A DNA stretch of 40,976 nucleotides from Verrucomicrobiota bacterium (GTDB lineage Bacteria > Verrucomicrobiota > Verrucomicrobiia > Limisphaerales > SXQI01), in contig JANRLX010000066.1 in the NCBI GenBank assembly GCA_033762115.1, positions 1 through 40,976 on the forward strand, written 5' to 3'. How positions within the stretch are numbered: position 1 is the first letter of the stretch; every line of letters starts with the position of its first letter. The notes beneath the pieces are model-generated. The model was not told where the DNA came from, did no database searches, and saw only the letters and a program-made list of their open reading frames with translations. The position numbers and the translations under genes are program-made. This document shows positions 17,875 to 26,975 of this stretch, piece after piece.

Positions 17875-17903
17875 AAAAAAGCCGCAGGCGATCACCTGCG
17901 GCT
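17875..17903 (-). terminator. attenuator terminator upstream of aroF
   Basis: Minus strand AGCCGCAGG-TGATCG-CCTGCGGCT-TTTTT, ending about 36 nt before the aroF ATG. Confidence 0.88.
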
Positions 17904-17921
17904 CGGGTTAAATATTTGCAC

Positions 17922-18002
17922 TTAATGCAGCCCGAAACGCAGGATTACAGGACTAAAGTAGTAGTCCTGCAAAAGGCTGCTAAATCGGCTGCTGAAATTC
18001 AT
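17922..18002 (-). CDS. aroF leader peptide (26 aa, MNFSSRFSSLLQDYYFSPVILRFGLH)
   Basis: Manually translated 81-nt ORF with tandem TAC TAC TTT (Tyr-Tyr-Phe, 17963-17955) directly upstream of an antiterminator/terminator pair. Confidence 0.8.
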   Translation of the reverse strand: MNFSSRFSSLLQDYYFSPVILRFGLH

Positions 18003-18009
18003 CAGCGCG

Positions 18010-18037
18010 AACTTAACAAAATCCTTTCCATCGTCAA
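18010..18037 (-). promoter_or_regulatory. sigma-70-type promoter of the aroF leader
   Basis: TTGACG-16 nt-(TGT)TAAGTT, then 7 nt to the leader ATG. Confidence 0.6.
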
Positions 18038-18195
18038 TTGCCGTTTTCCATTTGAAAGGTTGAAGAAGGATCAGGAGGGTTGATTCCGGTGACCTGAGAC
18101 AGGGTTGGCCTGGAAGGCTGGGGGAGGAAACATGGGATCAGGATTACCCCGATATTCGCTTGCGTGCGCAGGCGGCTTCTCTATAGCTTGGCCGC

Positions 18196-19707
18196 ATGGC
18201 CAAAGTTCTTCTGGTGGATGATGAGATGACCATGGTCCAGATGGTGACAGAATTGTTACGCGCGGAGGGACATGAAGTTTTTCCATTTAATACCTGCAAT
18301 GCGGCGTTGGAGGGGCTCGAAACAATCCAGCCGGAATTAGTCATTACAGACCTTTACCTGGACAAGACCAGGGCGCATGGGCTGGAAATTCTGCAAAAGG
18401 CCCGAGCGCTTAATCCCCCAGCTGTCGTGATTATGATCACAGGTTTTGGAACCATCGAAACCGCTGTGGAGGCGATGAAGAAGGGGGCCTATGATTATCT
18501 TGAAAAGCCATTCAAGCTGGATGAGCTGCGATTGTGTGTTCAGAGGGCCTTAAATTACAGCGACGCGGTTTCAGAGAATGTTTATCTGAAGAAGCAGCTG
18601 CGGAAGAAATACCAGTTTAACCAGATCATCGGTACTTCGCAGAAGATGCAGGATTTATTCAAGATGGTGGAACGGGTGGCAGACACGGATTCCACAATAT
18701 TGATTCTGGGTGAGAGCGGGACAGGGAAGGAACTGGTGGCCCGGGCATTGCATTTCAACAGTCGAAGGCAGTTTGCTCCGTTCGTGCCGATTAATTGCAG
18801 TGCTTTGCCGGAGAACCTCCTGGAATCCGAGTTGTTCGGTCATCGGAAAGGAGCATTTACCGGGGCAATTAACGATAAGAAGGGATTGTTTGCGGAGGCG
18901 GATGGGGGAACAATTTTTCTCGACGAAGTGGGGACAATGCCTCCGGTATTGCAAAGCCGGTTGTTGCGAGTGTTGCAGGAAAAGGAAGTGCGCCGGGTGG
19001 GGGACAATACCCCGATTTATGTGAATGTGCGGGTATTGGCGGCAACAAATGAACCGCTCGAAGAGCGGATCAAGGATGGCACTTTCCGCGAGGATTTGTA
19101 TTACCGGCTGAATGTGATCGCGATCAATCTGCCAAGCTTGAAAGAGCGGCCTGATGATATTCCATTGCTGGTGGCACATTTTTTAAAGAACAAGGTCGAT
19201 CCACGCACAGGGAAACCATTTCAACTGACACGCAGGGCGATGGACACTTTGCTGAGGCATGATTGGCCGGGAAATGTGCGGGAGCTGGAAAATGCCATCG
19301 AACGGGCCTGTGTCTTGTGCGAGAACAATCTGATCCGTGTCAGTGATTTGCCGCCTGGTGTGCAAAAGCATGCGCCGGAGGGGAGCGACACCTCTGTTTT
19401 CGAGCAATCGGAAGTGCCGCAGGGGACTTCCGGGTTGCCATTGTCGAGCATGGTGGGGCATCACCACACACATTCGACTCCAGCTCCAGCAGCTGTGCTG
19501 GAGCAACCTTCGACACAGCCATTCATTTCGAATGTTTCAGGGATGGCCAATCTGGGCCCACTCAAGAATTTCATGCGGGACCAGGAAATTGCCTATTTGA
19601 ATCGAGCGCTGGCGATGACGGGAGGGGACAAGGACAAAGCCGCGCAACTGCTCGGGATCAGCCTTGCGACGTTGTATCGAAAACTTTCCGAAGTCGAGGA
19701 AGGTTGA
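18196..19707 (+). CDS. sigma-54-dependent NtrC/PilR-family response regulator (REC-AAA+-Fis HTH)
   Basis: VDDE...LVITD...K receiver; GESGTGKE, GAFTGA, FLDEV, WPGNVREL; AAQLLGISLATLYRKL HTH. Confidence 0.95.
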   Translation: MAKVLLVDDEMTMVQMVTELLRAEGHEVFPFNTCNAALEGLETIQPELVITDLYLDKTRAHGLEILQKARALNPPAVVIMITGFGTIETAVEAMKKGAYDYLEKPFKLDELRLCVQRALNYSDAVSENVYLKKQLRKKYQFNQIIGTSQKMQDLFKMVERVADTDSTILILGESGTGKELVARALHFNSRRQFAPFVPINCSALPENLLESELFGHRKGAFTGAINDKKGLFAEADGGTIFLDEVGTMPPVLQSRLLRVLQEKEVRRVGDNTPIYVNVRVLAATNEPLEERIKDGTFREDLYYRLNVIAINLPSLKERPDDIPLLVAHFLKNKVDPRTGKPFQLTRRAMDTLLRHDWPGNVRELENAIERACVLCENNLIRVSDLPPGVQKHAPEGSDTSVFEQSEVPQGTSGLPLSSMVGHHHTHSTPAPAAVLEQPSTQPFISNVSGMANLGPLKNFMRDQEIAYLNRALAMTGGDKDKAAQLLGISLATLYRKLSEVEEG

Positions 19708-19810
19708 CTCCGGTCGGGAACTTCAAAAATTTTGGTTGTCATTTTTTTCGCGGCGTTCTTAGGATGCGCACCTGTTCGCCTCCTTCGGGAAGTGATATCA
19801 TGATGAATTT

Positions 19811-20776
19811 ATGCCACTGACACACACAAAAGATTTGTTCGCCAAAGCATTGAAGGGAAAATATGCCCTGGGCGCTTTCAACGTGAACAACATGGAATTG
19901 TTGCAGGCGATTATCGAAGCCTGTGAGGAGGAAAAAGCCCCTGTAATGCTGCAGATTTCAAAGGGGGCACGGCAATATGCCAACCCCGTTTACCTGAAGA
20001 AACTGATCGAAGCGGCTGTGAGCCTGTCCACAATTCCGATTGCAGTTCACCTTGATCATGGGGACACATTCGAGCTTTGCAAGGAATGCATCGATGAAGG
20101 TTTTACCAGCGTGATGATCGATGGGAGCCATCTGCCATTCGACAAGAATGTCGAGATCTGCCGGAAAGTGGTGGATTACGCACACAAGCATAATTGCGTG
20201 GTGGAGGGAGAACTCGGGGAGTTGGTGGGCGCGCAATTTGATGAAGGTGAAGAAGGTGGTGGCTACTCCGAAGGTGGTCATTACACGCACCCGGATGAAG
20301 CGGTCCAGTTCGTCAAGGCGACCGGGGTGGATTCGCTTGCCATTGCAATTGGAAATTCACACGGCGCTTATAAATTCAAGGGAGAGCAGCATCTGGACCT
20401 TGAACGACTGAAAGCGATCAAGAAATCATTGATGGATGCCGGAATGGGGGATTATCCATTGGTATTGCACGGGGCATCGAGCGTCCCCAAGGACCTGGCA
20501 GTTGAAATCAATAAGTACGGGGGTAAACTGGGTGAAGATACCGCCGGGGTGCCGGAAGCTGATATTGAAGTGGCACGGCGCGTCGGCTGCACGAAAGTGA
20601 ACATTGATACCGATCTTCGCCTGGCAATGACAGCTGCGATTCGCAAGGTTCTCTATGAGAATCCAAAAGAATTTGATCCTCGTAAATACCTTGCTCCTGC
20701 ACGCACCAAGGTAAAGGAATTGGTCCGTCATAAAGTGCGTAATGTGCTCTGCAGCGCCGGACATGCTTTCGACTAG
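19811..20776 (+). CDS. fba: class II fructose-1,6-bisphosphate aldolase
   Basis: HLDHG, SVMIDGS, VEGELG, AIGNSHG.YK, VLHGASS, KVNIDTD, FDPRKYL. Confidence 0.93.
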   Translation: MPLTHTKDLFAKALKGKYALGAFNVNNMELLQAIIEACEEEKAPVMLQISKGARQYANPVYLKKLIEAAVSLSTIPIAVHLDHGDTFELCKECIDEGFTSVMIDGSHLPFDKNVEICRKVVDYAHKHNCVVEGELGELVGAQFDEGEEGGGYSEGGHYTHPDEAVQFVKATGVDSLAIAIGNSHGAYKFKGEQHLDLERLKAIKKSLMDAGMGDYPLVLHGASSVPKDLAVEINKYGGKLGEDTAGVPEADIEVARRVGCTKVNIDTDLRLAMTAAIRKVLYENPKEFDPRKYLAPARTKVKELVRHKVRNVLCSAGHAFD

Positions 20777-20806
20777 AAGTCGAACCGAATAGTGGGGAAA
20801 CTGATT

Positions 20807-20835
20807 GGGGGTGGCGCAAGGTGCCATCCCCTTTT
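20807..20835 (+). terminator. intrinsic terminator after fba
   Basis: GGGGGTGGCGC-AAG-GTGCCATCCCC-TTTT. Confidence 0.7.
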
Positions 20836-20907
20836 GCTTGGCAAAGCACCTTGTCTTTGGAACTCGCCGATGATATGGTGGGCTCCTGATGCGGCGGCGT
20901 TTGATTT

Positions 20908-22641
20908 GTGAGTAATTTAAAGAGCATTGCTCTCTCTCAGTCATGGGCGGTTTTGTTCTTTTGCCTGGTCAATGTTGGATTCGCGCAAGAGGGGCAAGCT
21001 CCGCTTTCCCTGGCCATTACCCCGCAGGAGAACGGGGTTTTTACCTTCAAAATTGGAGAAGAGGCAGCCAGAAAGCTCGAAGGTGCTGTTTTTGAAAATT
21101 TTTCCGTGCAACAGCAGGAGGGAACCTTCCGGTTTCTTGCCACCAAATCTGCTTTGCGATTAACCTTTGGCTCTGTTCGTAACCTTTCCATATCCATTCC
21201 CAAAGCATCGAGCCTGAGCTTTCGGATGAACCGTGAATTGGGAATCACCGATTTTGAAGTTGGAAAAGATTCCGGAAACCCGGTCCTTTTTCAATTACCG
21301 GACGGATCTTCATCAGGGCTAAATGCCGAGGCCCGAGCGCAATTGGAATTGATGAAAGATCAGACCTTTATTTTTACGGGGCGGGGAAATGGTGCCGTGA
21401 CCAATGCGGATGGGGCCGCCTTCCCGTTTTCGCCGCTGCTGCCGCCATTATTCGGTGGAGAGCGCGTCATGAGCCAGGACACAAACGGCGTTCCAAGGAT
21501 GCAGAAAAGTACACCTGTGACACAAATTACTGTCTTTGGTTCGCCCGAAAGTGAAGTGAACCTGCTGGTCGGAAACAAGCCTGTGATTTTGCGGCCCGGG
21601 CAGAAAGAATCAGTCCAGGGACAGAACGGGAGCCTGATCACCTTTTCATTGAACGGCTCACGCAAGTTGTTGGAATGGCAGGCGGAAAAGGGAGCGTTTC
21701 GCTTTGATATCAGCGGATTTGAATGCTGGCATGGCCTTGGGCTGACCGGACAAAAGGGGGCCTTGCAATGGAATCTCACCGGAGGAGTCGTGCAGTTGAT
21801 GAACCAATCCTCTGCCGGGGCATTTGCCGAAAACCTGTTGGTAAATCTTTCCCCGCAAATCAATGTCAGCCTTGGTTCAGGCGCGACGTTCCTTTATGGC
21901 AACGCGCAGGACTGTGGCACGTTCGCAACTTCGGCTTATGGAGGGGAAACGATCCTGTTCAATGCCAACAGCGGACAGTTCACACGTTTGGATGAGGAGA
22001 ATGTGCGGGTCATAGGAGGGTTACCCAGTTCAACGATTGCCAGCGTCTCACCGCAAGGATCAAGGACCCCGGTTGCTGTGGTTTGGGATGGTATCAATCC
22101 GGCGGAGTTGTTCGGTGGAGGCATGCGAAATAAAATCATCGATGGCGCACCGTCAGAACTGAGGACAGCCGGGGGTGGGGTATTAAGCGGGGCAATGGCG
22201 GAAACGGGTAAACTGGAGATCAAGGCGCTGCAGGACAGTTTCCTCGTGGAACCGGAACTTTTAAGGAAACTGAGCATTGAATTGCCAGCCCAGCATGGTT
22301 TAACCTTAAGCTTTGATGTTGCCCAGACAATGCTGAGCGTGCAGGCGGATGCGCAGAACACAGTGCAGTTGGTCGTGAACACGCCGGCAGGATTTGCTCC
22401 CTTGTTGCCGCCGGGTGCGAAATTAAATTTTGTGCTCGGACGAAACAGTTTTCTGCTGGCCTCCGGGCAGGACGGCACATTGACCTTCACGGAAGCTGCC
22501 GGTTCTGACAATGTGAACCCATTCAGCCTCGTGCCTGTTTCACGAGCGTCTCCGACAGGGCGACGGAATACGTTTGATTCAGTGAATGATTTTTTAGATA
22601 CCAGCCGGGTTTTCCAGCCACCTGTGAGCACGTTCGAGTGA
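20908..22641 (+). CDS. hypothetical exported beta-rich protein
   Basis: 577-aa ORF with signal-peptide-like N-terminus (VGFA|QE) and Gly/Ser-rich beta-strand pattern; first gene of the export module. Confidence 0.75.
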   Translation: MSNLKSIALSQSWAVLFFCLVNVGFAQEGQAPLSLAITPQENGVFTFKIGEEAARKLEGAVFENFSVQQQEGTFRFLATKSALRLTFGSVRNLSISIPKASSLSFRMNRELGITDFEVGKDSGNPVLFQLPDGSSSGLNAEARAQLELMKDQTFIFTGRGNGAVTNADGAAFPFSPLLPPLFGGERVMSQDTNGVPRMQKSTPVTQITVFGSPESEVNLLVGNKPVILRPGQKESVQGQNGSLITFSLNGSRKLLEWQAEKGAFRFDISGFECWHGLGLTGQKGALQWNLTGGVVQLMNQSSAGAFAENLLVNLSPQINVSLGSGATFLYGNAQDCGTFATSAYGGETILFNANSGQFTRLDEENVRVIGGLPSSTIASVSPQGSRTPVAVVWDGINPAELFGGGMRNKIIDGAPSELRTAGGGVLSGAMAETGKLEIKALQDSFLVEPELLRKLSIELPAQHGLTLSFDVAQTMLSVQADAQNTVQLVVNTPAGFAPLLPPGAKLNFVLGRNSFLLASGQDGTLTFTEAAGSDNVNPFSLVPVSRASPTGRRNTFDSVNDFLDTSRVFQPPVSTFE

Positions 22642-22671
22642 ATGCGCCATCGCCAGCGAAATACCTGATCG

Positions 22672-23925
22672 ATGAAATTTCCCGCCAGATTGTTTGCTGC
22701 GTTTTTAGGCGGGGCGATGCTCCCAATTACAGGGAGCCTGACAAGGGCCCAAAATGACCCGAACTATCTGATGCGAACTCCCCCTTACCAGGTCTACCAA
22801 ACTCCTGAACCAAGGGATTACAACCTGAAATGGGGGCGTGTAACTGGCAGGTTGCATGGGTCATTGCAAACGGAATTCAACGACAATATCAATCTTGTCG
22901 ATGAACGGCCTGAGTCAGATTTGATTTTTTTTCCGCATATCGGGATTGGATTTTTCTGGCCGCTTAGCGAAGTCAACCGATTGCAGCTGGATCTTGGGTT
23001 TGGTTATCGTGCTTATCTGGATCACAGCGAACTGGATTCAGTGCAGGTTTCACCCGATTCCCAGTTTAACTACCAGATCACGGTTGGCAAAGTGCGGGTC
23101 CTTTTCCGGGACAATTTTCATATCCAGGTGGATCCGACCACGCAGGGACAAATCAGCGGAACTGAAGGGAATATCATCAACTTCAGACGGCTTTACAATG
23201 ATGCGGGACTTTTGGGTGAATGGGAGACCTTTCGTGATGTCACATTCATCACAGCTTACGATTATGTCATCGATCGTTCATTGTCTGACCAGTTTCAGGA
23301 GTTTGATCGACAGGATCATACAGTTGCCCTGGCGGCGCTTTATAACGTCACTCCACGCTTTGCTGCGGGGTTGAACAGTTCTCTGACCTTTTCGGACTAT
23401 GACGAGGATTTCCAAAACGATGGAATGATTTACAGCATCGGTCCGCAAGTGACTTTAAGGCCAACTCAATTTATTACGCTGGAAGGAAACGTCAGTTATA
23501 CCGTTTCAGATTTTGATGAATCTGGCCGGGTGAACGATCAATCTGATTACTCAGGGCTCAATTATGGAGCGGGGATTCGGCATATCATGAACAGTCGAAT
23601 AACCCATTACTTGAGAGTGAGCAAATACCTCCTGCCTGGTTATGGCAGCAACTATGCAGATGTGTTAAATTTGCAATATGGATTGTCATGGCGATTGAAT
23701 GCCAGCATCACTTTAAACAGCAGTTTGGCTTATGAAAACCTGATTGCTTCCATCGAAAACGGAGAAAAAGCCGACCGCTATTTGTTTTACATGGGAACTG
23801 GCCTGAGAATTTCCCAACAATGGCATGCTGGAGTGGGCTACAGTTTCAGTTGGAAAAACTCCAATGTCAGCGGTAGAGACTATACGCAAAACCGAATTAC
23901 CCTGGATATACGTCATGAATTTTGA
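22672..23925 (+). CDS. outer-membrane beta-barrel protein (polysaccharide export associated)
   Basis: Signal peptide, NDNI motif, alternating aromatic strands, C-terminal YTQNRITLDIRHEF beta-signal; upstream of OPX/Wzc. Confidence 0.85.
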   Translation: MKFPARLFAAFLGGAMLPITGSLTRAQNDPNYLMRTPPYQVYQTPEPRDYNLKWGRVTGRLHGSLQTEFNDNINLVDERPESDLIFFPHIGIGFFWPLSEVNRLQLDLGFGYRAYLDHSELDSVQVSPDSQFNYQITVGKVRVLFRDNFHIQVDPTTQGQISGTEGNIINFRRLYNDAGLLGEWETFRDVTFITAYDYVIDRSLSDQFQEFDRQDHTVALAALYNVTPRFAAGLNSSLTFSDYDEDFQNDGMIYSIGPQVTLRPTQFITLEGNVSYTVSDFDESGRVNDQSDYSGLNYGAGIRHIMNSRITHYLRVSKYLLPGYGSNYADVLNLQYGLSWRLNASITLNSSLAYENLIASIENGEKADRYLFYMGTGLRISQQWHAGVGYSFSWKNSNVSGRDYTQNRITLDIRHEF

Positions 23926-23926
23926 A

Positions 23927-24532
23927 ATGCGCTTAATTCTGATGATACTCCTCTTTGGCCAGATGCGTTTTGTATCCGCGCAGGAAGGAACGGCTGCTTA
24001 CCAATTGGCGCCCATGGACAAGCTCTCAATCCTGATCCAGGAAGATCCTGCTCCGGGAAAAGCCACTGAACTGAGCGTCTCTGCCCTGGGAGACATTGTG
24101 GTGCCAATCAGCCGCTGCTGTGAGGAAAGTATTAACCTGAATGTCCGGGGAAAAACGGTAGAGCAAGTCCAAAAGGAATTAACCGCAGAGCTCGAAAAGC
24201 AATATTATGCCAAGGCGACGGTGCAGTTGAAACTGGTCGATCCGAATCGGAAAAAGGGGCAGGCACTTTTTCGGGGCGCGGTCCGCGGGAATATCGTGCA
24301 ACTGGAACAAGGAAGCCGAAAAACATTGTGGGAGGCACTGACCGAAGTAGGCACCACTGAGTTTGCTGATTTGCGAAAGGTTAAATTGGACAGGGTTGAT
24401 CCTTCGACCGGCCAAAACAGCATTACTTATCATGACATGGAAGCAGTGAACAAGGGCGCTCGTGACAAGGATGTGGAATTGAAGGATGGGGATCGAATTA
24501 CGGTGAAGGAAAAGTTCTTCAACTGGCGCTGA
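23927..24532 (+). CDS. short OPX/Wza-like polysaccharide export protein (Poly_export + SLBB)
   Basis: YQLAPMDKL.I, V...G.I.VP, V.GKT....ELT..L...YY, DVELKDGDRITVKE; no lipobox and no C-terminal helix; start 23915 or 23927. Confidence 0.85.
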   Translation: MRLILMILLFGQMRFVSAQEGTAAYQLAPMDKLSILIQEDPAPGKATELSVSALGDIVVPISRCCEESINLNVRGKTVEQVQKELTAELEKQYYAKATVQLKLVDPNRKKGQALFRGAVRGNIVQLEQGSRKTLWEALTEVGTTEFADLRKVKLDRVDPSTGQNSITYHDMEAVNKGARDKDVELKDGDRITVKEKFFNWR

Positions 24533-24533
24533 C

Positions 24534-26903
24534 ATGGGTGAACCAGCCAACAATCCGTCTCTGCCATTGCGAGCCACAAGCCTGGTGGACCGAATGAACA
24601 TTGGCATTCATACCCGCCGCTATTTCAAACTGATTTCCCGCCGCTGGTGGATATTGCTTCTCTTCACGCTGATTGGGACGGGAATAGCCGCCTACAAGGC
24701 GTTTACCTTGCCGGACATGTACCGTGCAGTCACCAAAATCGGGGTGGCGCCGCGCCTTCGCACTGTTTATGAGAACCGCGTTCAATATGAGGAGGCGCTG
24801 GATAATTTTTACACCGAGAACATCAACCTGATCAAAGGGGTGGTGGAAGCGCGGGTCCGAAACCGTGCCTCACAGGCGAGTTCATTGGACAAAGGCCCCC
24901 TGTTGGTGACGGATGCACAGCATGTGGCTTCCTCGTTTTATTTATTTGCTGATAGCACGGAACTGAGTTTCGCCAGAAATTACCTGACAAACTGGGCAAG
25001 GGAATTCATCGCCTATAAAAATGAGATGAAGGACAACACCGTGGCTCGTGAAGCGGCCCGGACAGCGGATGAGATTGCCCGCTTTAGCAAAAGACTGGAG
25101 GAGGCGCGTTCGGCCAAGGACGCATTTTTACGAACCAATAAAATTGGCAGTCCCCAGGAAACGGGACGGGCAGCGCAGAAGCGTTACGAAGAGGCAATTG
25201 ACCAATTGCGCCGAGTTCAAACCGCCCTTGCGCTGGAGAAACAGAGAAGTCCCCAGGACATTGCCGAAGGAGCGACAGGCAGCGCCGGCAGGCCTTCATC
25301 AGATGGCGACCGAACTTCTCAATTAGCAAATGAAGAGAATGGTGATCCATTGGCGCGGTTCGCCGCCGAATCGAAGTACAGCGAATTGAAGCTGCGGTTA
25401 CGTGCTGAGCAGGCTGAAATCGACCGCCTTTCAGGATCATTGAGAACCAACCATCCGTACATGCGCCAGTTGCTTGGAAAAATTGATCTGCTTAAAGAAG
25501 GGTTGGCTCATCAATTGGATTTGATCCAGGAAAAACGGGATGCCCGCATCAAATTTCTGGACCAGCAGGAAGCCAGTTTCAGCCGTCTGGTCGCAGAGCT
25601 GCTCAAGGATGTCCAGGCGAAGAGTTCAATCCAATATGAGCATGAACGATTGTTGAAAGAGGAAGCCACGATTGAAAAGCACCTCGAGGATTTGAGGAAG
25701 CAGTTGCTCTCTTTTGATCCTTCGGCAATTGATGAAAGTCAGTTTAATATCATTGAAGAAGGGGTCCAGCAACGATCCCCTCTGGATCCTAATCGCCGCA
25801 AGCTGCTGTTGCAGGGATTGTTCTTTGGATTAATTTCGGGGTTGGGATTGGTTTACCTCCTGCATCGCCTGGATGATCGCCTTGAACTGGCGCAGGACAT
25901 TGAGAAGGCGTTACAGGAGCCGGTTTTGGGCCAGATTCCAGAGATTGCGGATTCACCAGGTCACCCGTTGTTGTTAACGGAAATGGATCAGTACAGCCTC
26001 TTTGCGGAATCGATCCGCGGGGTGCGTTCGGCTATCCTTTTGGGAAGTGGTGGCGCGAAAAAACAAGTGCTGTTGGTGACCAGCGCGGTCCCGGGGGATG
26101 GCAAAACAACATTCACGGTGAATTTTGCCGTGACCCTGGCTTTGGCTGGAAACAAGGTTTTACTGGTTGATTCGGATTTGCGGAGGGGCACCGCACACCA
26201 ATTTTTTAAACAGGAGAGACAGAACGGTTTATCAGACGTACTCGCCGGGGAACTTCACTGGCATGATGTGGTGGCGGAAACATCTGTCGCGGGCTTAAGC
26301 ATCATCCGGACTGGCCGATTGCCAGCAAATCCTGGAGAACTGCTGATCAGCCCAATTACACGGGAGTTCATTGAGCAATCCCGCGCGGAATACGATTACA
26401 TTATTTTTGATTGTCCGCCGCTGACCGCCATTGATGACACTTTTTCACTGGTCTCACTTGCGGACGGATTGCTCTTTGTGGTCCGGGCAGGGCAAACTTC
26501 AATTCGCTTTGCCCGAAATGCCCTGGCGGCCGTGCGCCATCGAGGGGCAAAGGTGTTGGGAATTGTCCTGAATGGAATCACCGCAGACAACCCGTATTAC
26601 TATTATAACTCTTATTACCATTCTTATTACAAGCGCACTGATCAGCAGTCTGCCACCCTGACCGCTGCTGCGCCCGGCACAAAAATGGCTGAAGCGCGCA
26701 AGTCTCGTTTGCATCCGCATTCAATTGCCGCAGAAGCCCAAGTTTTATCGGGCAATTCGACTCCTGCTGCGGAGGTGGAACTCTCGAAAACAGAACAGTA
26801 CAGAGCTCTCCGGGCACAACGATTGATTCCTCCCGGAGGACACGTGGTACGTCCTTCAGTCTCAGAGACTTCCGAAGATATTGAGGCTGGCAACGGTTCC
26901 TGA
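24534..26903 (+). CDS. Wzc/GumC polysaccharide co-polymerase with BY-kinase domain
   Basis: Two TM helices flanking a coiled-coil periplasmic region; SAVPGDGKT Walker A, VDSDLRR, IFDCPP, Tyr cluster NPYYYYNSYYHSYY. Confidence 0.93.
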   Translation: MGEPANNPSLPLRATSLVDRMNIGIHTRRYFKLISRRWWILLLFTLIGTGIAAYKAFTLPDMYRAVTKIGVAPRLRTVYENRVQYEEALDNFYTENINLIKGVVEARVRNRASQASSLDKGPLLVTDAQHVASSFYLFADSTELSFARNYLTNWAREFIAYKNEMKDNTVAREAARTADEIARFSKRLEEARSAKDAFLRTNKIGSPQETGRAAQKRYEEAIDQLRRVQTALALEKQRSPQDIAEGATGSAGRPSSDGDRTSQLANEENGDPLARFAAESKYSELKLRLRAEQAEIDRLSGSLRTNHPYMRQLLGKIDLLKEGLAHQLDLIQEKRDARIKFLDQQEASFSRLVAELLKDVQAKSSIQYEHERLLKEEATIEKHLEDLRKQLLSFDPSAIDESQFNIIEEGVQQRSPLDPNRRKLLLQGLFFGLISGLGLVYLLHRLDDRLELAQDIEKALQEPVLGQIPEIADSPGHPLLLTEMDQYSLFAESIRGVRSAILLGSGGAKKQVLLVTSAVPGDGKTTFTVNFAVTLALAGNKVLLVDSDLRRGTAHQFFKQERQNGLSDVLAGELHWHDVVAETSVAGLSIIRTGRLPANPGELLISPITREFIEQSRAEYDYIIFDCPPLTAIDDTFSLVSLADGLLFVVRAGQTSIRFARNALAAVRHRGAKVLGIVLNGITADNPYYYYNSYYHSYYKRTDQQSATLTAAAPGTKMAEARKSRLHPHSIAAEAQVLSGNSTPAAEVELSKTEQYRALRAQRLIPPGGHVVRPSVSETSEDIEAGNGS

Positions 26904-26920
26904 CTTTTAATTTCTCCTGT

Positions 26921-26949
26921 TTGTCACGTAGTGTTCACCTTTTTGTAAT
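26921..26949 (+). promoter_or_regulatory. Pho-box-like triple direct repeat
   Basis: TTGTCAC(26921), TGTTCAC(26932), TTGTAAT(26943) at an exact 11-nt period upstream of an alkaline-phosphatase-like gene. Confidence 0.55.
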
Positions 26950-26975
26950 GGAGGTGACCGAACGTCTCCGCTCAC

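Noticed and set aside
17839..17895. N-terminal extension of the aroF ORF (MIACGFF...)
   Set aside because: It runs through the attenuator terminator; homology begins at MIVVLKP (17838).
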